From Eledone cirrhosa (Eukaryota), in NCBI GenBank assembly GCA_964016885.1, contig OZ024749.1:29760001-29824000 (forward strand): a stretch of 64,000 nt of DNA, read 5' to 3'. The position numbers were made by a program, and so were the translations under genes. Below the pieces are notes generated by a model. The model worked only from the letters and a program-made list of their open reading frames with translations, was not told where the DNA came from and ran no database searches. This document shows positions 52,063 to 64,000 of the stretch, piece after piece (position 1 is the first letter of the stretch; every line of letters starts with the position of its first letter).

Positions 52063-55000
52063 ACACCCACTCAACGACAAACACCCCAACCCCACAACAC
52101 ACCGATGCCCCTTCACTTCCACAAACCACCACCCCACCCAACAACCCATCCCCAACCAGCATGGAAATTGAGCGGCCCGTTTCCCGGGACGCAGAGAGGT
52201 AAGTGCCTTTTCTCTTTACCACCAACATGGCTGTGCTAAGAGTAGGGTGTCTAAATGCGCGTGGCCTGGGCTCGTCTTGGAAGCAAGCAATGCTTCTAAA
52301 TGACCTCAGGTCACAATCTATAAATGTGATGGTTATCTGCGAGGCCCGGATCAGCAGCATGCGACAGCTAGCCCCCACCTTTGACGACTTTGAGATGCAC
52401 GCATCTCTCTGTCAGCCCGGAGGTGGGGGTGGGGTTGTCGTTCTGCTGCAAAAACATATGGGCCTTGCAACACAGATAGTTCACTTGGACCCAGGGGGTC
52501 GACTGGTGGTGCTGGACCTTGGCAGTGGTGAAGGTAGAGCCCTTAGGCTGATAGCCGCATATGCCCCTTTTGGGACAGAGCGGCCCGACTTTTTCCAGCG
52601 TCTGGAGTCTTTTCTAGGGACGTCCCGTTCCCTGCTTTTAGTGGGGGATTGGAATGGTATCCTGGATGCACGTTGGGACTATGCAGGGGCATGTCCCGAT
52701 AGAGAGGGGTGCAACAGCCTCAAGGGGTTACTCGGCCGATTTGACCTGGCCGATAGATTTCGACTAGATTTTCCGACGGTGCCAACCTGGTCTTGGTCAA
52801 ATCGCAGCGGATCATCTAGATCGTACCTAGATAGATTTTTAGTTAGAAATAAGGACAGGGACTTTTTAAGTTGTCCAGAAATGCTCATGGTTGGCTATTC
52901 AGACCACAAGTTGGTGACCTGCATGGTCAACCTTGATAGAACGCATAGACAGGGCCCCGGTTACTGGAAGCTCAACTTGTCCTTGCCGGCAAGTAGAGCC
53001 TACAGGAATCGGATTAGTACTTTAGTTAAGGAACGGTTGACTGGAGCGATCGTCAACAGCAGGTGGTGGGTATCTCTAAAGAGAGAGATTAGAGTAGTCT
53101 CGATTGAATTTAGTAAGGTTCTAGCTGCGGATAGGAATAGGAAGGAAAGGGAGCTAATAGATAGAGTAGAAGAGGCAATTAGAAGCGGCGACGTGGCCAG
53201 AGTGCTAGCGTCGAGAACGGCTTTGAGCCAGTTTTTCGACGCGAAGCACGAAGGCTGCATTGTCCGAAGTAAAATACGTGCTCTAGGGAACGAGGGGGCC
53301 AAAGCTGTTAGCTGGGCCCGCGTGACAGAGGCCAACAGTGGAACTAAATCCACCATCGGGTCTTTGCGAGACCTGGATGGACGGGCGATTCTTGAGCCTA
53401 AGCAGATGTGTGAGGCCTTTCAAAGGCACTTTGCACGACTGTTCGGGAGGGGCGGGGAGCCGGTTGGAAACGTGGACTTCGGTCCATACCTCGACGGCCT
53501 GCCGCGCCTCTCGGACAGGGAGGCGAAGTCTTGCGAGGAGCCGATTTCGGCCGCTGAGATAGAGGACGTGCTGGGCCAATGCGGCAAACGCAAATCCCCG
53601 GGTCTCGATGGTCTTCCTTACGAATTATATCTAGCTATGCCGGACTTGTTCCCCGATCTCCTCGAGGCGGTCTACTGCAACTGGCAACAGAACGGGAGAA
53701 TTCCCTGTACTGTGACCAAAGGCGTAGTCACGCTAGTGAGGAAGGACGAGAACAAGGGGGACGAAATAAGTAACTTCAGGCCCATAACTCTGCTAAATAC
53801 AGAGTTACAGATTTTGACCAAGGTGCTAGCAAAGAGGTTGGCGCTTGTCGTGTGCAACCTGGTGGGAGATGCGCAGACATGCGCTATCCCGTCCAGGTCC
53901 ATCCATGACAACCTCCACCTCATGCGATACATCATAGAGAGGGTTGGGAACGAACCCGGCTTTGGTGGGGCTCTGATCAACTTGGATCAATCTAAGGCGT
54001 TCGATAGGGTCGACCATGGTTACCTGGATGCGGTGCTAGCGGCGGCAGGCTTCGGACCCGTTTTCAGGGGCTGGATCACTGCTATGCACAGCAGCCGCAT
54101 CTGCTCTAGGGTCAAGGTGAACGGCTACCTCTCGGAGCCGTTCAAAATCGCGCGGTCCATCCGACAAGGGTGCCCTCTCTCCTCCCTTCTGTATGTGTTG
54201 ACTCTCGAGCCACTACTTCGGAAGTTGGAGTTGTTGCAGGGCATCCCTTTGGAACCGGGATTGCGGAAAGCGGTGTCAGCCTACGCCGATGATGTGACAG
54301 TAATGGTGTCGACGGCCTCCGAAATCGAGGCGGTCGGCACCTTACTGGAGGAGTACGAAAAGTTCACAGGGGCTAAGCTGAACCGGGACAAGTCGATCGG
54401 TTTGCAACTCGGCACGTGGAGGGGCAGACCGATGCCCTCCGATGGCGTCGTCGGACGCTGGACGGAGGGCCCGGTGAAGTTGCTCGGGGTCTGGTTCGGA
54501 CCGGACCTCCAGGTGGAGAAAAACTGGGCGGAGGTTACGAACAGGGTGTTTGCACTGACCCAGAAGTGGGCCAGTTGCAAACTATCCCTGAAAGGTCGGG
54601 CGGAGGTGGCGAACACTTATATAGCGTCCGTCATCTACTACCGCCTGACCGTAGTGCCCTGCCCAAGGGAAACCCTCACCAAGATGGAGCGCGCGCTCTT
54701 CCAATTCCTTTGGAAGGGGCGGGCTCCTATGGTGAGGAGATCCATCTGCTGTCAACACCCTTCGAAAGGAGGGCTGGGGGTGCCGTGGCTAATGATGCGT
54801 AAACACGCATTAAGGCTACGGCACCTCTACGTATTCCTCACCGGACAACCGGTGTGGGCCTCGTTTGTGAGACGAACCTTTCCCAGACTCGTCTCACTCA
54901 CCGAGCTGCAATCCTGGGTCAAGCAAAGACCGAGAAAACTGGGCGCCTGGCACACTGAGTGTGCCCAGGCGCTCACCGCCCTCTGGCAGGCGGATCCGGT

Positions 55001-55925
55001 TATCAGTGGAGACTCCACCGCAACATTCTATAGAGGGCTGGTACGCAGCAGGTGCGACGACGCCCTCGGAGAAGCCCTAGACACGGAGGAGGACGAACTG
55101 GCCAGCCTGTTCGGTAGGACATTCAGCCCGGGACCTATGGACAACTTCCAGAAGTCCCTGGCCTGGCAGTGCTACCGAGGGGCTTTACCCGTTCGAGAAA
55201 GGCTCTACAGACACGGGCGCCCGGGTAGGGACCCCGCCAAAAAGATCTGTCCCAGATGCGTGTGCGACGAGGAAACCGTTGCACACGCATTGGTACACTG
55301 CTCGGGCGTAGCCGATCTGTGGGGCTATGTCGAACAACTGCTGTCATGGGTGGGACCGATCCGGTTGACCACCGAGTCTATTGTAATGATCAAGCCGCCT
55401 CCCCCCTTCAAAGATGAAGCAGAGGCGGTGTTTCTGTGCGTAATAGCCATGGCGAAAGAGATTGTATGGTGGACGCGTCTGAAAGGACTGAGGTCAGGCA
55501 CCTTTCTCTCTGGCCAACAACTGGTCCGTTTCTTCCGATATCATTTCGGAAGAAGGATCAGGATGGAGAGAGAGGTGCTGCACCCCAGTCGTTTTTATGA
55601 AAGGTGGGTGAAAGTGGCGAGAATGGCCCGTGTGAATGGGCCTTCTCTTTACATAAGCCTGTAGGTGGAAAAGAGGAAGGAACGAGGGAGCACCCCCTCT
55701 CTGTGCTCCTGAGGAAAAGGGTTGCACACTTTTTTCGGGGGTGTGTGCGACCCCCCAAGGCGCCTCCTCTCTATTGAGGATTTTGTTAAAAATTTTATTT
55801 TTTGTTATATCTTATTTTATTTTTATATTTTGTTATTGCCTCCTCCTTATTGAGGACGCCTTTTTGTGTAAACTCCCCCCTTGTACTTGTCCCACTTTTG
55901 ATGCCCTAGTGGCAAATAAAAGAAA
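52063..55925 (+). mobile_element. Tx1-clade LINE subfamily B, 5'-truncated near the end of ORF1
   Basis: ORF1 tail ..SMEIERPVSRDAER*, complete ORF2, 3' UTR, AATAAA, (TATC)n. Confidence 0.92.
52227..55664 (+). CDS. Intact LINE ORF2 (APE-RT-zinc finger), ATG start
   Basis: Same motif set as 39102-42545; uninterrupted. Confidence 0.92.
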   Translation: MAVLRVGCLNARGLGSSWKQAMLLNDLRSQSINVMVICEARISSMRQLAPTFDDFEMHASLCQPGGGGGVVVLLQKHMGLATQIVHLDPGGRLVVLDLGSGEGRALRLIAAYAPFGTERPDFFQRLESFLGTSRSLLLVGDWNGILDARWDYAGACPDREGCNSLKGLLGRFDLADRFRLDFPTVPTWSWSNRSGSSRSYLDRFLVRNKDRDFLSCPEMLMVGYSDHKLVTCMVNLDRTHRQGPGYWKLNLSLPASRAYRNRISTLVKERLTGAIVNSRWWVSLKREIRVVSIEFSKVLAADRNRKERELIDRVEEAIRSGDVARVLASRTALSQFFDAKHEGCIVRSKIRALGNEGAKAVSWARVTEANSGTKSTIGSLRDLDGRAILEPKQMCEAFQRHFARLFGRGGEPVGNVDFGPYLDGLPRLSDREAKSCEEPISAAEIEDVLGQCGKRKSPGLDGLPYELYLAMPDLFPDLLEAVYCNWQQNGRIPCTVTKGVVTLVRKDENKGDEISNFRPITLLNTELQILTKVLAKRLALVVCNLVGDAQTCAIPSRSIHDNLHLMRYIIERVGNEPGFGGALINLDQSKAFDRVDHGYLDAVLAAAGFGPVFRGWITAMHSSRICSRVKVNGYLSEPFKIARSIRQGCPLSSLLYVLTLEPLLRKLELLQGIPLEPGLRKAVSAYADDVTVMVSTASEIEAVGTLLEEYEKFTGAKLNRDKSIGLQLGTWRGRPMPSDGVVGRWTEGPVKLLGVWFGPDLQVEKNWAEVTNRVFALTQKWASCKLSLKGRAEVANTYIASVIYYRLTVVPCPRETLTKMERALFQFLWKGRAPMVRRSICCQHPSKGGLGVPWLMMRKHALRLRHLYVFLTGQPVWASFVRRTFPRLVSLTELQSWVKQRPRKLGAWHTECAQALTALWQADPVISGDSTATFYRGLVRSRCDDALGEALDTEEDELASLFGRTFSPGPMDNFQKSLAWQCYRGALPVRERLYRHGRPGRDPAKKICPRCVCDEETVAHALVHCSGVADLWGYVEQLLSWVGPIRLTTESIVMIKPPPPFKDEAEAVFLCVIAMAKEIVWWTRLKGLRSGTFLSGQQLVRFFRYHFGRRIRMEREVLHPSRFYERWVKVARMARVNGPSLYISL

Positions 55926-55948
55926 CTTATCTATCTATCTATCTATCT

Positions 55949-56771
55949 GAAGCCCTAGGCATGGAGGAGGACGAACTGGCCAACCTGTTCGGTAGGACAT
56001 TCAGCCCGGGACCCATGGATAACTTCCAGAGGTCCCTGGCCTGGCAGTGCTACAGAAGGTCTCTGCCCGTCGAGAAAAGCTCTACAGACACGGGCGCCCG
56101 GGCAGGGATCCCGCGAAAAAGATCTGCCCCAGATGCGTGCGCGACGAGGAAACCGTTGCGCATGCACTGGTACACTGCCCGGGCGTTGCCGATCTGTGGG
56201 GCTACGTCGAACGACTGCTGTCGCGTGTGGCACCGATTCGATTAACCGCCGAGTCTGTGGTGAACATCAAGCCGCCTCCTCCCTTCAGAAATGAAGCAGA
56301 GGCGGTCTTTCTGTGCGTAATAGCCATGATGAAAGAGGTTGTGTGGTGGACGCGCCTGAAAGGTCTGAGGTCGGGTGACTTTCTCTCCGGCCATCACCTG
56401 GTTTACTTCTTCCGATACCACTTCGGAAGAAGGATCGGGATGGAGAGAGAAGTGCTTGGCCCCAGACAGTTTTATGAAAGGTGGGTGAAAGAAGCGAGAA
56501 TGGCTCGTGTAAATGGGCCTTCTCTCTACATTGTTCTGTAGGTGAAGAAGTGAAGAGGAAAGGGGGAGCGCCTCCTCTCTGGGCTTCCACCGGGAAAAGA
56601 GTTGCACACTTTTCGGGGGTATGTGCAATCCCCAACACGCCCCCTCCCTTTTGAGGACTTTTTATTGTTATATTATTATTGTTATTCCTTTTTTCTTTAC
56701 TCGATTTATGTAAACTCCCCCACTGTGTAAATGTCCCCTTCTTTTGTGCCCTCGTGGCAAATAAATAGAAA
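55949..56771 (+). mobile_element. Chimeric 5'-truncated Tx1 copy (D-type first ~120 bp, A-type remainder)
   Basis: 55949-56070 matches 56795-56916; from 56071 it matches 42075-42763; 1-bp frameshift at the switch. Confidence 0.85.
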
Positions 56772-56794
56772 TTTATCTATCTATCTATCTATCT

Positions 56795-57754
<960 letters not shown>

Positions 57755-60158
57755 GATAGTAGGATGTACACAATTTAGCTGGTAAGTTTCTGTCAATTTA
57801 TTTACGAAAAAAACAGAAATTCTTGTTTAAAAAAACACATTGTTCTGTAGATTAACCCCCACGCTGAATTGTCAACTGGGTGACAATATCATTTTTCGCC
57901 CCCACAGGGGCAGAAATTTTATTTGAAAAACTGTTCAAAAATTTTTTAATATTTTGCCATTAACAATGGCTAGCGTACAAGGAACGCTAGCGAACGTTGA
58001 GAAAGAAAGAAGAAAGAAAGAAATAGATTTTAACGTTGCTACAAGCTCTGCCTGTATTGTTGTCACTATGGAAGTGAATAATGACAACAAAGTTTTGTTT
58101 CGCAAAGAAAGTGAAGTATGCAACAAAAACAACATTGAACCACACAGCTTACAACAGCCACAAAAAACAACAGAAAATAAAACAATTGACACAACTACAA
58201 ACGGAAAAACTGACAACCACAATAACAACAAACATAACTTTTGCAGAGATAGTCATAAACAAAATTGGCTACAAGGATATAGATATCACTAATGTAAGAC
58301 AAATGTTGTCTGAGGAGAAGAAATTCATCATTTTCGAACAGGGTGGATTTAAAATAAACTCACGCCCGGAAATCAGAATTGAAACCCTTAGAAGGACAGT
58401 AACCTTCAAAACTATTTCAAATGAAACAAAAAAACCCCAAAAAACCGGCATTCCTCAGTCAAGGGGAAATTGAAGCAACCTTGAAGGAGATATTGTCAAA
58501 CATAGACTTTATGCAGAGGGCCAAACAGTATGGGAGTATTACGGTGCTCCTCAAAAGCGAGGCCCTCGCACACAAATATTCCGTGACACCGATAATGTCA
58601 ACAAAAATACACCTTTTTCCCTACATACTTAGGAAAAAGGACTAAAAAAATTAAAATTACTAACATACCACCAAATATTAACACTTGGTGGATCCTGGCA
58701 GGATTCTTGGAAGAAGGAGAGGATGTTATCAACCAGACACACGTGGTCTGGTACGAATTTGGAGATTCTGTTTCAAATGAGGCCGGAGAGAATTTCCAAA
58801 ATACCCGAAAGAGTGCTGGTCGACAACAACAGCCATATCAACATTTCGACCAATGGAAGAAGACCACACTGCTTCCGATGCAACAGTACATCGCATTTAA
58901 AGGCCTCCTGCCCTCTACAGACAAACTCAAAAACACAATCCAAAAGCCACCACTACCACCACCACCACCACCACCACCACCACCATCACAACCACCACCA
59001 CCACAACAACAACAACAACAACACACAAAACAAGCAAACACACCAAAACAAACAGCCACTCAACCAACAACAGCAGACCCCCCACCGAAGAACACAGTCC
59101 CACACGAAAACGCCATCACCACACAGCATACCCCTACCGCAAACTCCTGATGACGAATCATCGTCAGACGAGGCTACTTCTTCATCCCCAAGTGAAGATG
59201 AAGGATAACCTCGAAAATCAAAACAACAAAAGAGAGGCACCGCAAAGCCACAAAAACACCAATCACCAACACCAACACACAACCACCGACACAAACAACA
59301 ACACAAACAACACCACAATCACCCCCACCCCTACCAGCAAAATAAACACCAACACCATCCCAAACACAAGCACCCACCATAAAAAGAAAACTCCCGGACG
59401 AACAACAAACTAAAACAACACAACAAAAACACAAACAATAATACCCATACATCAACACCAACAACAAGAATTTGATGGAGGACATCTCCAAAAACCCCAA
59501 GGTGAAGACGGAGGGTAAACATTTCGTTAAAGCAGAATCGTCTCCACACCTCAGACTGATAAGGATTTCCATGGAAACATTTAGTGGACTGAAAAGTGAA
59601 TTTTCGCAGGACGTGAGCAACCCCTGTCAAAAACCCATTAACCGCGTCCTATTAAAATGTTTCCCCACCCCAGCCAACACCCCCACCAGCACCCAAATGG
59701 AGATTGAATAACCCGATCTCCAGGAAACGAAAAGGTAAGTGCATCTTAGAGAAAAACAAAACAGAAACAGCACTAGTAGCCAAGATAGAGGAGGCGCTTA
59801 GGAGTGGCGATGCAGCTAGAGTGCTGGCAACGAGAACGGCACTGGACCAGTTCTTCGACGCGAAACACGAAGGCTGCGTGGTCAGAAGTAAATCACGTGT
59901 TCTAGGAAACGAGGGAGAAAAAGCTGTTAGCTGGGCCCGAGTGGCAGGGGCGAAAAGTGGCAACATGTCCACGATTCGGTCTTTGAAAGACCAAAACGGA
60001 TGCGTGCTACTTGACCCCAAGCGGATGTGAGTGACCTTTCAGCGGCACTTTGCGCAATTGTTCGAGCAGAGTGGCGGTGGGTCGAACGAGAGAATGGACT
60101 TCGGCATGTGTCTTTGTTTTGTCTCCTTTACTTGGGCACTCTTGTGGCAAATAAAGAA

Positions 60159-60159
<1 letters not shown>
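57755..60159 (+). mobile_element. Divergent Tx1 subfamily C: frameshifted ORF1, ~350-bp ORF2 remnant, short 3' end
   Basis: ORF1 pieces with QYGSITVLL, QMRPERI, CFRCNSTSHLKASC; ORF2 piece IEEALRSGDAARVLATR..; GTGGCAAATAAAGAAA-(TCTA)n end. Confidence 0.85.
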
Positions 60160-60207
<48 letters not shown>

Positions 60208-60408
60208 GATAGAGTAAGACACGCTTCGCATCGGCTCCGCTATTCCATCGGGATTTACCCTTACTATTGTAAGTACCGGATAAATTTTTTAGTGCAACAC
60301 ATTTGGAACACTAACCCCTGTTATTTAGGGAAACATTTTTGCATTTACCCCCTTTTTAGGGGGTAAAATAAATATCTATTTTTGCCGAAAAATTTCTTTC
60401 TTGGCAGC

Positions 60409-62244
60409 ATGGCGGAAAAGATGGCAGACATGTCTGCCATTAGCTCTGCCACGCCCCCCAAGTCTGAAGAACAAAAAATAATTACAACAAAATTAGACAT
60501 TGAAACAAACAAACAAAATGAAAAAACAAATGTTAAGGAAAATGAGCAAACAGAAAACAAACAAACAGAAAATAATACAAATAACGACAGGGCAACTTTC
60601 GCCCAGAAAACAAAGCAATCCATTACATACACACCAATTGACCTAACTGCCGCCAGAGAAAAACTGGCCGAAGCAAAGAAACATATTGTTTTGGGGGAGA
60701 ACGGAATGTTTTCCATTAACTCCCCCCCAGAATTCAAGAAAGCCAGAGCAGAAAACACAGTTATATACAGAACTATACTAAACCAGTCAAGAAAGCCAGC
60801 ACAGCCCAGCCAAATGGAAATAGAGTTAGTCCTAAAAGACTATATGAAGAATATTCTCTTCATACGAAAGGACCGACTCTATGGCAGCATTTCGGTCCTA
60901 ACAAGAGACAAAGAAACGGCGGTTCAGCTTTCCCTAAGCCCACTCTCGTCGACAACATATAGCTTCTATCCCTCCTACATGGGTAGAAGAACACAGAGGA
61001 TAAAAGTAAAAACAATGCTGCCCACAATGGACTTCTGGTGGGCTATTGCTGGCTTCATTGATATGGGCGAAGACACTATGCTGTCAATGGGGAAGGCAAC
61101 TGGAGATGCGTTCCTGGGAATGGGCCTCGACATACTAGTCCAAATGAGGCCCGAAAGAATAGCACAAATCCCGGATCGCATCTGGCTGGATGACCTTACC
61201 CCAATAGACATAATTGTAGAGGGGAGAAGACCAGCATGCTATTTATGCATGGAAAGGGGACACGTTAAGGCTAACTGCCCGAAACGTATCCCCCAAAAAG
61301 GACTATTGCCCACACCCACCACAAACAGTACACCAGCACCACCCACCTCCAAAAATACACTAATACCACACACAGCAAACAAAATACAGACACCACCAAC
61401 CACAAACACAACACAAACATCACCACCACCAGCACCAAACACAAGCACGACACAAAAATCACCACCACCAACCACAACACAAACATCACCACCACCATTA
61501 CCAACCACAAGCACGACACAAACATTACCACCACCACCACCACAAAACCCATTCCAAACAAATAATAAAAAAAACAGTAACAAATCTACCCCTCCCGCAA
61601 AAAAAAAACAACCACACAACACGTCCCTCCCACCTAGCGCTGAAGAGTTTCCCCCAACTTCTGAAGAAGAAGGAGGAGAAGCCTTCAGACAAGTTAAAAG
61701 AAAAAAAAGAAAACACACACCCAGCACACCACAAATAACCCACACACAAACACCAACTCCAATCAAAAACACCCAACCCTCAACAAACAAAAATAAATCT
61801 GCGCCTCCCCTCTCCGAAACATTGACAGCATCACAAAAAAAGACGTTGCAATACACATATATAAATAAAGAAAACAAAAAACTGGTTAAATTAATAAACA
61901 ATAACCCTATGGTGCAGACCGAAGGGCCAAACTTTATCTCAACAGAGAACTTCACCCATTTAAAAATGATAAAGGTCCCTCTGGACCTTTATCGTTCCTT
62001 AAAAGAACAATTTAGACGGGACGTGAGCCCCCCCTGTTTAAAACCGTTGAATCGCGTCCTCTTGAAAGATTTCCCCATAACCGCCCCTCTCCCTGACACA
62101 ACTCCAAATACCCCAACCCCACCACACACGTGTACCCCCACACCACCACAAAACATCCCTCCACCCAACACACCTGATGCCATGGAAATTACGCAACCCG
62201 GAGAGGTAAGTGCTTTTCTTTCTTCACTTTCAACACCAAAATAG
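60409..62244 (+). CDS. Intact LINE ORF1 (~611 aa; CCHC zinc knuckle, Pro/Thr-rich linker, basic tract)
   Basis: CYLCMERGHVKANC, KRKKRKH; uninterrupted from MAEKM. Confidence 0.88.
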   Translation: MAEKMADMSAISSATPPKSEEQKIITTKLDIETNKQNEKTNVKENEQTENKQTENNTNNDRATFAQKTKQSITYTPIDLTAAREKLAEAKKHIVLGENGMFSINSPPEFKKARAENTVIYRTILNQSRKPAQPSQMEIELVLKDYMKNILFIRKDRLYGSISVLTRDKETAVQLSLSPLSSTTYSFYPSYMGRRTQRIKVKTMLPTMDFWWAIAGFIDMGEDTMLSMGKATGDAFLGMGLDILVQMRPERIAQIPDRIWLDDLTPIDIIVEGRRPACYLCMERGHVKANCPKRIPQKGLLPTPTTNSTPAPPTSKNTLIPHTANKIQTPPTTNTTQTSPPPAPNTSTTQKSPPPTTTQTSPPPLPTTSTTQTLPPPPPQNPFQTNNKKNSNKSTPPAKKKQPHNTSLPPSAEEFPPTSEEEGGEAFRQVKRKKRKHTPSTPQITHTQTPTPIKNTQPSTNKNKSAPPLSETLTASQKKTLQYTYINKENKKLVKLINNNPMVQTEGPNFISTENFTHLKMIKVPLDLYRSLKEQFRRDVSPPCLKPLNRVLLKDFPITAPLPDTTPNTPTPPHTCTPTPPQNIPPPNTPDAMEITQPGEVSAFLSSLSTPK

Positions 62245-64000
62245 ATCAATTGAGAGTTGGCTGTTTGAACGCGCGTGGCCTGAGCTCAGCTTGGAAGCAA
62301 GCAAAGCTTCTAAGTGACCTCAGGTCACAAAGTATAGATGTGATGGTTGTTTGCGAGAGTCGGATCAGCAGCGTGAGACAGCTGGCGCCCGCCTTCGATG
62401 ACTTTGAGATGCACGCATCTCTCTGTCAACCCGGAGGCGGGGGGGGAGTTGCCGTACTGCTGGATAAACGTCTGACTCTCGACGTACAGATTGTTCACTC
62501 GGACCCGGGGGGTCGATTACTGGTGCTGGACGTCGGAGGCGGTGAAGGCGGGGCTTTCAGACTGGTCGGTCTTTATGCTCCCTTCGGGGCGGAGAGAGCC
62601 GACTTCTTCCAACGTCTGGAGACTTTTCTAGGAACGTCGCGTTCCCTGCTTTTAGTGGGGGACTGGAATGGAATCCTAGATGCGCGTTGGGACTATGCAG
62701 GGGCATGTCCCGATAGAGGGGGGTGTAGCAGCCTCAAGGGGTTACTCGATCGATTCGACCTGGTCGATAGATTTCGACTAGATTGTCCAACTGCGCCAAC
62801 CTGGACCTGGGCAAACCGCAGTGGACAATCTAGATCGTACCTAGATAGGTTTTTGGTTAGGAGTAAGGATAGGGACGTATTTAGTTGTCCAGAACTGATC
62901 ATGGTTGGCTATTCAGATCACAAATTAGTGACCTGCGTGGTCAACCTTGATAGAACGCATAGACAGGGACCCGGTTACTGGAAGATGAACTTGTCCTTAC
63001 CGACAAAGAAAGATTACAGAAACCGGATTAGTAGCTTAGTTAAGATGCGGTTGACGGGAGCGATCGTCAACAGTAGGTGGTGGATATCTCTAAAGAGAGA
63101 GATTAGAGTAAGTTCGATAGGTTACAGTAAGGAACTAGCGGCGAATAGAAATAGGAGGGAAAGGGAGTTAACAGATAAACTAGAAGAGGCGATTAGGAGC
63201 GGAGACGTAGCCAGAGTGTTAGCAACGAGAACGGCATTGAGCCAGTTCTTTGACGCGAAGCACGAAGGCTGCGTTGTCCGAAGTAAAATACGTGCTTTAG
63301 GAAACGAGGGGACCAAAGCTGTTAGCTGGGCCCGCGTGACAGAAGCCAAGAGTGGGATTAAATCCACCATTCGGTCTTTGCGAGACCAGGATGGACGGGT
63401 GATCCTTGAACCTGAGCGAATGTGCGAGACCTTTCAAAGGCACTTTGCTCGACTGTTCGGAGGTGGCGGGGGGCCGGACGGGGATGTGGACTTCGGTCCA
63501 TACCTCGACGGTCTACCGCGTCTTTCGAGCGGCGAAGCGGAGTGCTGCGAAGGGCCAATCACAGCCACTGAAATCGGGGAAGCGCTCAGCCAATGCAGCA
63601 GACGCAAATCCCCGGGTCTCGATGGTCTACCATACGAACTTTATTTAGCTATGCCGGTCTTGTTCTCCGAACTCCTCGAGGCTGTCTATTGCAACTGGCA
63701 ACAGAACGGGAGAATTCCCTGTTCTGTGACCAAGGGCGTGGTCACGCTAGTGAGGAAGGACGAGAGCAAGGGGGACGACTTAAGTAACTTTAGGCCCATA
63801 ACTCTGCTGAATGCAGAGTTACAGATTTTGGCCAAGGTGTTGGCGAAGAGGTTGGCGCTTGTGGTGGGTGGTTTGGTGGGAGACGCGCAGACATGCGCTA
63901 TCCCGTCCAGGTCCATTCACGACAACCTCCACCTCATGCGATACATCATAGAGAGGGTTGGCTACGAACCCGGCTTTGGTGGGGCCCTGATCAACTTGGA
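62241..64000 (+). CDS. LINE ORF2, 5' part (APE + start of RT), partial
   Basis: Matches ~39102-40868, with a 6-bp shorter poly-G tract; also starts ATA GAT CAA TTG. Confidence 0.85.
   Translation, partial: MDQLRVGCLNARGLSSAWKQAKLLSDLRSQSIDVMVVCESRISSVRQLAPAFDDFEMHASLCQPGGGGGVAVLLDKRLTLDVQIVHSDPGGRLLVLDVGGGEGGAFRLVGLYAPFGAERADFFQRLETFLGTSRSLLLVGDWNGILDARWDYAGACPDRGGCSSLKGLLDRFDLVDRFRLDCPTAPTWTWANRSGQSRSYLDRFLVRSKDRDVFSCPELIMVGYSDHKLVTCVVNLDRTHRQGPGYWKMNLSLPTKKDYRNRISSLVKMRLTGAIVNSRWWISLKREIRVSSIGYSKELAANRNRRERELTDKLEEAIRSGDVARVLATRTALSQFFDAKHEGCVVRSKIRALGNEGTKAVSWARVTEAKSGIKSTIRSLRDQDGRVILEPERMCETFQRHFARLFGGGGGPDGDVDFGPYLDGLPRLSSGEAECCEGPITATEIGEALSQCSRRKSPGLDGLPYELYLAMPVLFSELLEAVYCNWQQNGRIPCSVTKGVVTLVRKDESKGDDLSNFRPITLLNAELQILAKVLAKRLALVVGGLVGDAQTCAIPSRSIHDNLHLMRYIIERVGYEPGFGGALINL

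Larger units (their letters stand above)
60208..64000 (+). mobile_element. Tx1 subfamily A copy with intact 5' end, continuing beyond the window
   Basis: Highly similar to the copy starting at 37067. Confidence 0.92.

Overview
Repeat-saturated animal DNA with no recognisable host protein-coding gene. The SINE types and microsatellite density point to an octopod cephalopod, which is an inference. Two microsatellite-targeting retroelement systems dominate. (1) Penelope-like elements (PLEs, Naiad-type RT + GIY-YIG) sit in (TA)n. One is a very young element with an intact ~813-aa ORF and giant 3-4 kb direct and inverted pLTRs (1-13.5 kb). One is a decayed copy (25.7-29.3 kb), and there are several pLTR remnants. 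Together they supply 12 hammerhead-ribozyme motifs from about 8 families, many with a mismatch at the base of a long stem II. (2) Tx1/L1-clade LINEs of about 4 subfamilies form two head-to-tail arrays (34.7-42.8 kb, 51.6-64 kb) joined by (TATC)n. They lack poly(A) tails and share a GGTAAGTGC motif at the ORF1/ORF2 junction. Subfamily A starts ORF2 at an AUA that overlaps the ORF1 stop. The window also holds tRNA-derived SINEs, a mariner remnant, MITEs, an RTE fragment, minisatellites and a candidate 7-nt microexon. Most ORFs in the track are microsatellite artefacts. All structures were assigned by eye and coordinates may be off by a few bases.
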